Shown here piece by piece: positions 23,201 through 34,694 of a stretch of 64,000 nucleotides of DNA. This stretch comes from Malacoraja senta. Its lineage: Eukaryota. Made by a program: the position numbers and the translations under genes. The stretch is from contig CM075990.1 in NCBI GenBank assembly GCA_038087875.1, forward strand, positions 4,714,001-4,778,000, read 5' to 3'. A model generated the notes under the pieces. That model saw only the letters and a list, made by a program, of their open reading frames with translations. It was not told the DNA's origin and did no database searches. Positions within the stretch are counted from its first letter, which is position 1. Each line of letters opens with the position of its first letter.

Positions 23201-26186
23201 AAATTTCAACTACATATAACGTTATTGGGGTCATCGACAGAGTAAAAGATGTAGAAGGCACAGAATTCTTGAAATGCATTCGAGAGTATTATCTTAAATC
23301 AGAAAGCGAGGCTATGGTGCTGGGTTTAATTTTAGGTAAGCATTGGTCCTCCAAATAGATGGTAATGTTAGAGTGAAGACTATGACTTAATTAGATTATC
23401 ATAAGGATATGGTCATAATGAAGCCATGGTGAAATCGCATTTAGCACAATGCTGGTGCCGCATAACAACAAGATACATGGCCTTTGAAGAAGTAAACCTT
23501 CATGAAGGACTTTACAATATTTACTTTTGCCTATTGTGACCATATTCTTATTCAGAATGTAGATTGATGAGATCGAGATTAAGTCATTTTCCTCGATGTT
23601 ATTTCCCTTGACACCTGCAACAAATGTAGTCTGTTAGTAACCAGCTGTGTTCTTCAGGCTTCAGCCAGTTCAATAACTGATGGTACTACCAGACTGATCA
23701 TGGCATGTGTGCTACCCTGACGCAGACTAAAGCACTGCAACATAGAGTAGTACAGCACAGGAACACACCATTTTGGCCCACATGTCACTTCTGGTGCTTC
23801 TCCATGTTGAACATCACCGTGGAACATTATCTCCAATTGAGCGATGGTAGCAAACAGTCATCTACTTGATGACATGGTGTGCAATATTACACAACTTTTT
23901 TCTCCCATACCTGTCGTACTTCCGTGTATTCAATTTAAAAAAAAATCTAAACTGGTTTAGAGCATGTGAGTTGCTTGTGTACCTGGGATTTTGAGGGACA
24001 GCTTTAGTTTAAAATACTTTTGCCAAATGGTGTATGATTTTTTGTTTTGCTTATGGCCTTTTCTTGCTGGGGTAGGGGGAAAGATGGTGAGGGCAAACCT
24101 ATGTTTATTTGGAAGGAGGGAAGAGTTGTCTTTTTTTTTGTTTTTTGTGTGTGAACAAACATAACATGCCATCTAGTGCCAGAGTATTGGAACATCCGCA
24201 CAAAAGCTACAAAAATCTGGCATCCTCAGGACTTTTTAGTCTGACTGGCAGATTTTCTGGATTCTTGGAAATTATTCTTATTAGTATCCCAATGTTCTTT
24301 CAATTAATTTTTAAGATTTTGCATAGTAGTTAATACACTTTAAACCCAATGAGTTTAAAGGGAGCGCACAAAATGCCCAGCGTGCCAGGTGCTGAACCAT
24401 CCGCATTTCCGAATATCGTGGATTATCAATTTTGCGGTAATGGCCTTGTGATAGCCATTTCATCTCACAGTTTGGTTGATCTTAGTTCTTTCTGTTGTTT
24501 CCATAGCATGTCCATCACTGTATTCAATTAGATTCTAATTAAAATCAATGCAGCTGCATGCACTGCTATTTGGTAGATATCTAAATGCATATTGTTGCTA
24601 CGCAAATGGTGGATAATTGTCTCATTATGTCTACGACAGATCCCAACAGATCTTTTCACTGTACGTCAGTACACGTGACAATAAACTAAATTGAACTTTT
24701 CCATTCTCCTGCTCTTTGCATCAGAGCCCCACGACTAATTTTTCTTGAAATACGTATCCAATTTTCTTGAAGTTGTTGATCAATTCTATACCCGCTAAAT
24801 CTACAGTCACTGTATTTCAGATCACAACTACTGATGAAAATGACTTAAATCTGGCATTTTCAACACATTGATGCTGGGAGGGATGTTATGTCGGCATTGT
24901 GGCAGATCAGAGAGAGATGCATCATAAGATTATATAAAAACGAATTCTCATTTTTGCTTCTCTTTTTCAGGATAATGATGAATTTATATTACCAACAGGA
25001 GCAAATAAGACCAGAGGAAGATTTGAACTGGCATTTTTTACAATTGGTGGCTGCTGTATGACTGGTATGTTTGGATTTTGTCATTAGAATAATCATGCCG
25101 TGCAAATTAAAGTTTAATAGACTCTCAATTTCACTGGTAGATGAGACCTTACAAGCAAGTTAAGATCCAGAATTGAGAGATTGGTGGTGGTGGGAGGTGA
25201 TTGAGGGGTGACAAACTCAATATTGTTGAGTTAGAACATAGAAGACTTTGATCAAATTGGACCTTTATTGAAACTAAGAGGTTCATGGTACATTGAGAGA
25301 ACAATGGTATACTTGTGTGAGAATGCCTGGTAGATATTTAGTTTACTTGATGTTACTTGATCTGGAGCTGTGTTACTTGGTCAGTTACAATAGTTAATCT
25401 CATTCTTAATCTCCCAAACAAGAAGTCAAGGGAGGCACGGTGGTGCAGCAGTAGAGTTGCTGCCTTACAGTGCTTGCAGCGCCGAAGACCCGGGTTCGAT
25501 TCCGACTGCGGGCGCTATCCGTACACAGTTTGCTTTCTCCCCGTGACCGCGTGAGTTTTCTCCGAGATCTTCGGTTTCCTCCCACACTCCAAAGACATAC
25601 AGGTTTGTAGGTTAATTGGCTTGGTATAAGTGTAAAATTGTCCCTAGTATGTGTAGGATAGCGCTAATGTGCGGGGATCACTGGTTGGTGCGGACTCGGT
25701 GGGCCGAAGGGCCTGTTTCCACGCTGTATCTTTAAACCAAACTAGTAATTTAATCTATGCAGATAATTCATTTTGCAACATTTCCTACTGACTAATAGTA
25801 AGTTTAATTGGAGGTGTCAGGATGGCTCCTCATTTAGTTAATATTTAGGGTTACATACTGACTCCTTAATGTGGAAATGTATGCATCAGTAAAACAACAG
25901 ATGAATGTTTTTTCATTGAATCTAACTATTTGAATGGAGCATGTAACACGGCTTGCTCGCCAGTATTAAGACTAATTCATCATGTGTCTATAATTCACTT
26001 CATATACATGTTATTAATTGAGAATTTGCACCGGTTTCTTCAGGAAAAAGTCAGTCGTTCTTTTTTAAACCTGGAATTTTCTGTATATTTTGTTTCGTCA
26101 GGTGCTGCTATTGGTGCAGTAAATGGCTTGCGTCTGGGCTTGAAGGAAACTCGGGATATGAATTGGTCAAAACCTAGAAATGTCCA
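16999..26186 (+). CDS. TIMM23: Mitochondrial import inner membrane translocase subunit Tim23, exons 1-4 only; join(16999..17137,21607..21665,24971..25064,26102..26186); 3' part absent from the window
   Basis: Spliced translation MDNSG...DYSQPDLSRVPL TGMSPLSPYLNLDPRYLIH DNDEFILPTGANKTRGRFELAFFTIGGCCMT GAAIGAVNGLRLGLKETRDMNWSKPRNV(Q) matches vertebrate Tim23. GT-AG introns with consistent phases. Confidence 0.95.
17623..17650 (+). ncRNA. Minimal type I hammerhead ribozyme motif in a Penelope-like terminal repeat
   Basis: CTGAAGA-A-GGGTC tc GACCC-GAAAC-GTC. Intact minus-strand copies at 15421-15448, 18416-18443, 30107-30134 and 44162-44189. Confidence 0.6.
17757..17993. mobile_element. Palindromic (inverted pair) Penelope-type terminal repeat
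   Basis: gacacaaaaaactggagtaactcagcgggacaggcagcatc...gacccttcttcaga followed by its reverse complement. Similar pairs at about 11515-11720, 12080-12305, 33475-33692, 35050-35170 and 43823-43975. Confidence 0.7.
18792..19250 (+). mobile_element. CR1 LINE 3' fragment
   Basis: ORF 18802-19182 MLPGLEGLSY...[20 protein letters not shown]...TRGH...WNKLP. Confidence 0.9.
19253..19860 (-). mobile_element. CR1 ORF1 remnant (zinc finger/leucine zipper plus SGNH esterase-like domain)
   Basis: Minus-strand pieces CSACGMW..CICRRCIQVQLLKDRVRELELQL, RVQDVSEQLQNILKGEGEQPEVIVHISTN and ISGIL..NALLRNWCRGQGFRYL. Confidence 0.75.
20878..21175 (-). mobile_element. Interrupted SINE
   Basis: (ctttaga)n tail, ggaaacaggcccttcggccc and core sequence. 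Confidence 0.6.
21607..21665 (+). CDS. TIMM23: TIMM23 exon 2
   Basis: tactttcag acceptor; TGMSPLSPYLNLDPRYLIH; gtgagt donor. Confidence 0.95.
22030..22290 (-). mobile_element. CR1 3' fragment
   Basis: cataagtgataggagcagaattagg... tail; minus-strand KAEIDRFLISTGVRSYGEKAG. Confidence 0.7.
24971..25064 (+). CDS. TIMM23: TIMM23 exon 3
   Basis: tctttttcag acceptor; DNDEFILPTGANKTRGRFELAFFTIGGCCMT; G|gtatgt donor. Confidence 0.96.
25434..25744 (+). mobile_element. HE1/V-SINE-type element, near full length
   Basis: GGCACGGTGGTGCAGCAGTAGAG...GGTTCGATTCC...GGGCCGAAGGGCCTGTTTCC...tail. Confidence 0.85.
26102..26186 (+). CDS. TIMM23: TIMM23 exon 4
   Basis: tttcgtcag acceptor; AAIGAVNGLRLGLKETRDMNWSKPRNV; CA|gtgagt donor. 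Confidence 0.95.
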
Positions 26187-28475
26187 GTGAGTATTTGTTC
26201 AATGCAGACTCCTTTCCCAATTCTATAAAGAGCAAGGAAGGCTATAGATATATAAACCATAGAATTTTGTAATCAATGTAAAGCTAAATTGATAAAGCTG
26301 TAGGTGGTATGAAACAGAGGGACCCACTAGTGTTTTTCTCCCAAACTAGGTTTAATGAAGGGCCTTGGCCCAAAATGTCACCTATTCCTTTTCTCCGGAG
26401 ATTCTGCCTAACTCCATCTAGAAGAAGCACATGCCATATTCAGATTTATTTTTGTGAAAATCTATTAGTAAATCAAGAAAGGACATTGTGTGTGCATTTA
26501 TGTTTGGATATTTTCAAGATAAATAAATCAATTGGTATTCCAGTGACTAAAAGTGGTTTCAGTGGCGCTCCTCTATATATTTAGACACTTTGATAATGCA
26601 AAATCTATAATTATACATTTTAACCATGTATGATACTATATCCTATTCATGTAGATGCAACCATGTATAAGTTGCAGATTTTCGATACTGTATAAATCTG
26701 TAACCTATACCTGTTGCATGTATGTACAAGTCTGCCATTTAGAGGATAGGCGTTTTACATAAAAGCCTTCCTTAAATTGAAAATGCACATAACTTCCTTA
26801 CCTCGTCCCCATCCATAACATTTGGATTAATAGTGTGTGTTTGGCTTGCATTAGTGGTAGGGAAGTTGCTGCCTGTTACGTATTACTCCATGAGGGGGAG
26901 TTGCACTTGTGTGCTGTCATTCTCACAGCTGGTGAATCTGGGTTCCTCTCTAAATCTGAAAGCTCCGAGTCAGAGGAAATGCCTTGCATGGATTTCAAGG
27001 GTGCAAATTCCATACTAAGCACAGATTTTCTGTGGGGCATGAAGTTGTGATTATTCTTATTGGAGTAAATCGGTGTCATGGAGCTAAATTCTATTACGTA
27101 ACCTATTGGGCTTGCAAACTGTTCCCGAAGTACTAATCATTATAAATGTAACCATAAAGCTCCATAGTGGAGATGGAAATGTTATAGTGAAATTAGGCAG
27201 TTCAAAACACTTGCATCTGAATGTATTTATGACCTTTTTTTTACGTTGTCCAAATGCAAGTTTGTTTTTGTATCAGCAGGGGTTGTCGTATGTGTTCTAT
27301 TGCCGATGAATTAGTTTTGAAAAGTTATATCTAGTTGGAATAGGGAAATGTCATGAGTAACAACTCTGGTAGACAGGCATATAATTATTTATTATTAGAT
27401 GAAGGTTGTCGGCCAAATTGGCAGAATTCCCAGAGACTGAGCAGTCTTGAATGATCACTTGAACCACAGTAACGGGCAAATCTTTGCTCTAGGTTTATCA
27501 TTTGGTACTGAAAGATTATATGTTGAGCAATGCAATCTTTTTACTGCCGAGTATTAACCTAAATCACGCAATCCAAATTCTATTGGATCCAAAATCATCT
27601 GACACGAAGGCCCACGTTTTTGGCTATTTGGCATACAACATTTGTTGCTTCAATAACATTCAATGGCACCTGTGACATAATATTGAGAGCTGAATCAACT
27701 TGGCTGTGTTTTTGACCAGTTAAAATATATTCCTCATTTCCAACTTTTTGAAGCCTGGATTGGTGCATTTTTTTCTTTTGCATATTACTTACACTGATAA
27801 TATCATTGTATATTGCACTTAAATACCACAGTGTCCAAGGTGTGCATTCCTATGAGGATGCAGATTTTGAAGAAGGGTTTCGACCCGAAACGTTGCCTAT
27901 TTCCTTCGCTCCGTAGGTGCTGCGCACCCGCTGAGTTTCTCCAGCATTTTTGTCTACATAAATAATAAGGTTTTGTTTCAAACATTGATGACTGAGAATA
28001 GCTTGCTTGCTCTCTGTGCTTGGTGCTGAGAAGCCCTTGGGGTGGGGGAAACAATGCATGTAATGTGTGAGAGGAAAAACATGAAGGTTGGAGCAAATGA
28101 ATTTTGAGATGCTTTAGTAGAGCTTTGATCAGCATGGTTTTTGTACCTTGATCTCTTTCTTGCAGTGTTGCTGAGCTGACAGGTTCTTTTTTGATTAGAT
28201 TAGCAGTTAATTGTGACACAGGCACAAGATGTTTCATTAAAAATACCCCCCACCTTCCATTAAAAAGCTGGCAAATCCATTCAGCTGAAACTAGGGGAGG
28301 CTTGTGACTTCTGAGTGGAGGCTAAAGTCCATTGTAGTTAAGTGCTGGAGTCGGGTTAACTCCACTGTTCAAATTGGTAGCATTGACTGGTTCCCAGCAA
28401 GGCAGAGAAATATGACCACTAATGCCTATGGAGCAAGTCTTCAGCTCCATTGACATTGGGAGAATGGTTGGGGGT

Positions 28476-28508
28476 TGGGTGTGGGTGGGTGTGTGTGTGT
28501 GTGTGTGA
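28476..28508. repeat. (GT)n microsatellite
   Basis: gggtgtgggtgggt followed by (gt)n. Confidence 0.8.
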
Positions 28509-29140
28509 TCTCTCTTTGGTTTAATTCAATTTATGTTTTTTTAATTTATGTCATTGCACAAATGTTGTACAAGTGTCAACATTTGCATCCATTGAATCTA
28601 GATGCTGTCTTTTGCCAGTGAGCCTGTGGGCAGGATCTTGAAGACTATCAAGACAATGTACCTGTGCTATGAGAAGCCTGGTGGTCCACTGGGCCTCTGG
28701 TCAGGCTCAAGTAAAAGTGTGTATGGGGAAACAATGAAATAAGGGGCAGGTGATTGGATTTGAGCAGCTTTGTTTCCCTGCCACTCCACTGAACACATTA
28801 ATTTTCCTGTTTCTGCATTACGCAGAATTGGACAAAAGGTGAATACAGGAAATGGTTGGGGACGAGACAGGATGGTAAAATAGACAAGTAGTGATAGATT
28901 ACATTTAATACAGCATAATATGAAATACTGAATATTTGGGGATGAAGCTAAGAGGCAATACAAATTTAAAAACAAACTGTTGAAGGAACTCAGCCGATCA
29001 GGCAGCATCTGTGGAGGGAATGGACAGATTACATTTTGCATTTGGATCTTTCTCCAGATTTTTTTTGGGGCGGGAGGTGGAACTAGGCTGGAAGTATGAG
29101 ATGGTGGTGGAGTAAGACCTGGTAAGTGATAGATGTATAC

Positions 29141-31456
29141 CAGGGCTCTCGCTTAACTTTTTTTCCCTGTTGCCAGCCGGGCAACCTTGGCAGCTTTTTA
29201 GGTTGCCAAATGACAGTTTAGGTGGTCATTTAAGATGGCTTGCATGACGCGTGCGATAATGTGCTTGGACGAAGTGCGTAGTTACCAGTCGGAATTATAC
29301 TCAATGAAGCATTCACATATTATTTCTGCTTCAAAAAAAGTCACAAACTAAACATATTCACCAATCAAGACATGATATATCCCACAATGACATGCAGCAA
29401 AATTATAAGGCAGTATCTCAACTCTTTTTACACATTGCAATTAATGCAATTTCTATTAGTTCTTTCCACTTCCACTTCCAAACAAAAATGTGGTTCGATT
29501 ATTCAGCATATGATCAACCTGTGTCAATAAATCCTGGTCCATGGTAACATATATGCGTACGTATAGTTGTGAATGTTGTTCATTAAATAACTACAGTACT
29601 GATATTCCATATTAAGAGCATTGATTTGCTGTTAAAATGAATTCTGTAATAACGTGTCAACGGCAGCAGTGACAATCGAACACTGCGGTTTTAATGTTTC
29701 ACGTGTTCACAATTTAATTAATCCATCTTTATGGATTAAAACAAATAATAACATTGAGAATTAAAAAAAATGTGATTGCATTCCGTTATCAAACATAGTC
29801 AATGTTCGCTCTGAAGACATTTCCAGCACAATAGGGTCAGGGAGGGGTGTGTGTGAATCAGTGCGGGGTGGATAGATGGCGGGGGGGGGGGGGGGAGGGG
29901 AGTTGGAAGGCAGTCGGTGCAGAATGGATGGATTGAGGCAGGTGAATTAGTACGTTTTGGTTGGAGTAGGTAAAATTGTGAGGGGAGAGCACCGGGGATG
30001 TCAGTGGTGTTGAATGGGGGGTTCAGTACGGGATGGATGGGGGTAGACAAAAGTGCTGGAGAAACTCAGCGGGTGAGGCAGCATCTATGGAGCGAAGGAA
30101 ATAGGCAACGTTTCGGGTCAAGACCCTTCTTCAGACTGTTCCCCCCATTCTTCTTGAATGGGAGGATCAGTACAGGATGGATGGGGGGTGGGGAGATCAG
30201 CGCAGGATGAATGGGGGGGAGTCAGTACAGTGTGGATCGGAGGGTCTGTGCAGGATGAATGGGCGATCATTACAGGATGAATGAGGGGAAGGTGCAGGGT
30301 AAATGGAGGGTGGGTCAGTATGGGATGAATGCGTGGATTAGTACAGGATGGATGGGGGATCAGTACAGGATGGATGGAGGAGAAGTGCAGGATGGATGGG
30401 AAAGGGGTAAGTACAGATTGAATTGGGGAACGAGTGTAGGATGTATGGGGGGGGGGGTGTGGCAGGAGAATGAATGCGAGGTGGATAGGGTGATCAGCGC
30501 AGGATGAATAGATGGGGGGGTAGATGGGGAGGGGAGCACAGGGGATGTCAGTGAGGACTGAATAGAGGTGGGAATGGGGATCAGTGCGGGATGGAGTGGA
30601 GGGGTCCCAGGATTAATGGGGGGGGGGTGGAGGGGGCGTACAAGAGAGAGAGAGAGAGGGAGAGGGAGCTAGGTGGGGCGGAAGGAAGGTCAGCGCTCCT
30701 CGGACAACATCGCTCCGCTGCCTTGGCCGTTGGGAACTCCTCGCCACCGCCTCCTCCGCCAGCCGACAGCAAGGTGCGGGGCCGGGCGGTGCAGCTCAGA
30801 GATCGTATAGCTATAGGATCTTTGGTGCAGCTGCTTCAGACGTGACGTTTCGTGTTGGCGGCTGTTGTGCGGGGCAAAGATACTAGGTGCGGGGTGTCGA
30901 AGGGTCGGAGCGAATGACGGGTCCCGCACAGCGGCCGCGACAGCGGCTCCATCTCCTCCTCCTCCCGCCCCCCGCCCGCCCTGATAAGGGCCTCTGCTTG
31001 TAAATCCGCTAACGGGCTTTCAAAACAAACTCTCCCGCACTCCGAGGCTTCCCCCTCCCTCCCTCCTCCCGGCCTGGGAGTGCGGGAGAGTTTGTTTGAA
31101 AGCGGTTATCGCCGTTAGCGGGTTTACAAGCAGAGGCCCTTCTCAGGGCGGGCGAGGGGCGGGAGGAGGAGGCGGTGGCGCTGCTGCCGCTGTTCGGGGC
31201 CCGTCATTCGCTCCGACCCTTCCTCACCCCGCACCTAGTATCTTTGCCCCGCACAGCCGCCGCCGACACAAAACGTCACGTTCCTTTTCTCCAGAGATGC
31301 TGCCTGACCTGCGGAGTTACTCCAGTTTTTTGTGTCTATCTTCGGTACAAACCAGTATCTGGTTGCCAAGCCGGGCAAAATGACTCGGTGTTTAGGTTGC
31401 CCGGCGGCGCTTTGAGTGGTCAGTGGCACCCGGGCAACCGCTAATTTCGAGCCCTG
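29141..31456. mobile_element. Non-autonomous DNA transposon with CAGGGCTC termini and 5-bp TSD (hAT5-like)
   Basis: CAGGGCTC at 29141 and GAGCCCTG ending at 31456; subterminal GTTGCC/GGCAAC motifs at both ends; TSD TATAC at 29136-29140 and 31457-31461; interrupts a PLE 3' UTR. Confidence 0.75.
29850..30620 (+). repeat. Degenerate G-rich minisatellite (about 20-24 nt, GGATCAGTACAGGATGGATGGG-like) inside the DNA transposon
   Basis: Many recurring cagtacaggatggatggg and cagcgcaggatgaat units; a nested PLE fragment at 30044-30136. Confidence 0.75.
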
Positions 31457-32283
31457 TATACAGGTGAGGGGTTGATTGGCAGATGGGTAGAGATAGTGAC
31501 AAGCTCTGAAGGAAATCAACAATCTGAAACATTTCCGCCTCTTTCCTCTCTCCACATTTGTGTGTGTTTTCACAATTCTCATCGGCAGTGTTTTGCTTCT
31601 CAGTTCTAGCGCTGTCTTTTGATGTCCATCTCTGCTTGCATTCCCTTTACTTACATCAAGATCATCTGAAATTAACTGGTCAACCATCTTCCCCAAGTCA
31701 GCACCACCACTACCACTTATCAGTCAGTCTCTCCTGACCTCCACCCTATCACAGAAAGGGGGGGGGGGGGAGAGGGGGGGTCTTCTTTCCACTCCACTCC
31801 TTTTTTTTCTGTAAGTTAAAGCATGCTTTATGATGAGTTCTGACGAAAGGTCATTAACCCAAAATGTTAATCTGGTTCCTCGCCACATTTGCTGCATGAC
31901 TCGGAGTATCTCCAACATTCTTCATCTTTGTCTCCCATTAATCTTCAATGAAATACATGTTCCCCGCATGCTGCAAGACCCGCTGTGGCTTTTGATGTTC
32001 AGTGTCAAAATCATTTATTTCCCTTTAGTGTGAAACCAAATCATGTCGATAAACACAATTAAGACAAATGCCTCTTCATCTGCTTGAAATGACTCTCACT
32101 GTCAGTAATCCATTTTGTGTAGCTCACTTCAAACAGGACCTCAGTCTGGAAGGATTAATTGTATAATTACATTGCCTGGTACTTTAAATGGTCACATTGA
32201 TATAGCCCTATGGTTGCATTAATTAAATCCTTTGATAATTACCTAATTTTATTTTTGTGTAATATTAGCTCTTTTCAATGTTT

Positions 32284-32483
32284 NNNNNNNNNNNNNNNNN
32301 NNNNNNNNNNNNNNNNNNNNNNNNNNNNNNNNNNNNNNNNNNNNNNNNNNNNNNNNNNNNNNNNNNNNNNNNNNNNNNNNNNNNNNNNNNNNNNNNNNNN
32401 NNNNNNNNNNNNNNNNNNNNNNNNNNNNNNNNNNNNNNNNNNNNNNNNNNNNNNNNNNNNNNNNNNNNNNNNNNNNNNNNNNN
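32284..32483. other. Assembly gap (200 N)
   Basis: Run of exactly 200 N, a fixed-size scaffolding placeholder. Confidence 0.99.
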
Positions 32484-33010
32484 GCAGCCGGCTGTGCCAT
32501 TCCCAGTCTCGCCTTCTCCGGCAATCGGCAGTGAGTGTGGGTCTGACCCGGGGCGGTGTGGGGTGGGTTAGTGTGGGGTGGGGTGAAACACTGTGGGTGT
32601 GATGGGGAGGGTGTAGTTCGCGGGGAGATTTGCAGTTGGCTGTGTGTGTGGCGGGGAGGGGTGTTCTGTGCCCGTGTGTGTTAAGCAGGAGGTAAAGGGC
32701 CTGTTGCTTTTGCAGACACATCGCCGCGGTGCCTTTGCTTTGATCTTGGTCACGTATCAGTGCCTTGGATTGATGGGGAGTTGATGGGCTTCAACGTGGG
32801 CACGGAGGCTGTGTGTAGCGGGGACCCGGGGATAGTGCAGCCGGGCGTGGCATCTGTTGCTGCTGCTCTCTCCCTCCCTCCAACTGCCCGGCCCCGCACC
32901 CACTGCCCCCGGCCCCGCCGCCTCCCTCCCACTGCCCCCGGGCTCCTGCTCTCCCCGCCCGCCACAGTTCCACCTCCATCTCGATCGCTCCACGCGAGCA
33001 CTTTCCACAC
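32484..33010 (+). promoter_or_regulatory. CpG/GC-rich island directly after the gap; candidate GPRIN2 promoter or non-coding first-exon region
   Basis: High GC and CpG with G-rich then C-rich tracts; splice donor CA|gtgagt at 32531. Confidence 0.45.
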
Positions 33011-33808
33011 TGATCACATTCCTGTCTTGTCTCCATTTCATAGACCAATACAGCACCAGAACAGGCCCTTCGGCCCACAGTGTCTGTGCTGAACATCAGA
33101 ATCAGATTCTATTCGCCAAGTATGTTTTGCAACATACGAGGAATTTCACTGGCCAGGTCAGTCATACAATTAAAAACAACAGACTCAAAAACACATTTTA
33201 ACATGAACATCCACCACAGTGACTCCTACACATTCCTCACTGTGATGGAAGGCGAAATAAAGTTCGTCCTTCCCTTGCGTTCTTCCTTGGTCGGGGGCCT
33301 CGAGCCCCCGTTAACGGGATGATCTTGACTCCCGTAGCCGGCGGTGTTCTGGCCCTCCCCGTCGAGGCGTTCAGCTCCAGCATCGGGGGGTTGTCAGCTC
33401 CCCGCGCCGGGCGATCAAACCTCGCGTCGGGGCTGGTCGAGCCTTCTGCGGCGTTGGAGCTCCCGACTTGCCTCAAAATGTTGGCGTAACTCAGCGGGTC
33501 AGGCAGCATCTCTGAAGAGATGGAATGGGTGACGTTTTAGATCGAGACCTTTCTTCGGACCTTTCTCCACCCGAAACATCACCCATTCTTTCATAACCTT
33601 CTCTCCAGAGATGCTACCTGGCCCGCCGAGTTACTCCAGGAATTTGTGTCTATCATCTGTGTAAACCAGCATCTGCAGTTCCTTCCTACACATATCCCTC
33701 CATACCCTGCATACCCATCCATAGTCCTGTCCAAACGCCTTTTAAATGGCACTAATGCAACCACGAACCCTGGCAGCGCGTTCTAGGCACTCACCCCCCT
33801 CTGTGTAT

Positions 33809-34694
33809 AGGGGGGTTGCACGTAAGGTCACCGGGTCATAGGGCTTGACGCACGGAGCCGCTCAATCCATCTGGAGGACATCCGTCACTTCCGGTATATG
33901 TTATTAATGCAAGAAACGCGTACTTTCCTACCTGTTAAAAACCGCCAAAATGTTGAATTTTTTCACTGTAAAAAATTGTGGGAGTCGGGGTAAGTGTGAG
34001 ACATGTACCCAACTTCAGAATTCCAAAAGTGAAGCGAGATGAAGGTAAAGAGAAGCGAGAGCTGAAGGGACAACAGCAGCTAAAGTGCTTGGTGAACATT
34101 GGCCGTGCAGATATCGGAATTGAAAATATTGGGAATTATCGCGTTTGCTCACTGCATTTCATCAACAGTAAGGCATTATTTAGGTTTTTTCTTGATTCCT
34201 TTGGTATCTAAAAAGTCTCAGAAGTGATAAATCTGGCTGTAAATTTTGCTTCAGGGCCGTTTTCTTTTTGTATGTAAAAACCCACTTGAGAACCATGGGC
34301 GATTTTAAAATTTTACAGCCAGATTTATCACTTCTGAAACTTTTTAGATGCCAAAGGAATCAAGAAAAAACACAAATAATGCCTTAGTTGATGAAATACA
34401 GTGAGCAAACGGCCAATGTTCGACAAGCACTTTGGCTGTTGTTGTCCCTTCAGCTCTCGCTTCTATCTACCGTCATTTCTCCTCACTTTTGGAATTCTGA
34501 AGTAGGATAAATGTCTCCCACGCTTATCCCGATTTCCATAATTATTTACAGCGCAAAAATTGACAATTTCGGCGGGTTTTAACGGGCCCGCTACGCTGGA
34601 AACAATGGTAAGTACTTACCTGCAGTTCATCGCGTGTAATCCATTTGGCGTAGCGTAGCAACAGTACGTGACCCGACTGCCGTGAAACCTCCCT
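33809..34694. mobile_element. Palindromic MITE derived from a THAP-encoding ISL2EU/PIF-Harbinger-like transposon
   Basis: Termini AGGGGGGTTGCACG and CGTGAAACCTCCCT; AT (or TA/TATA) TSD inside a CR1 fragment; internal inverted arms about 33930-34246 and 34308-34585; THAP-like remnant FRIPKV...RADIG...YRVCSLHF. Confidence 0.7.

Noticed and set aside
29850..30620. CRISPR-like repeat array
   Set aside because: Degenerate tandem units without unique spacers, eukaryotic context, and no cas genes.
17138..32283. Intronic snoRNA in TIMM23
   Set aside because: I could not recognise an H/ACA or C/D box snoRNA by eye; a covariance-model scan is needed.
32484..32500. Minus-strand ATG (MAQPA..) running into the gap as the start of a neighbouring gene
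   Set aside because: Only five codons are visible, so it cannot be assigned.
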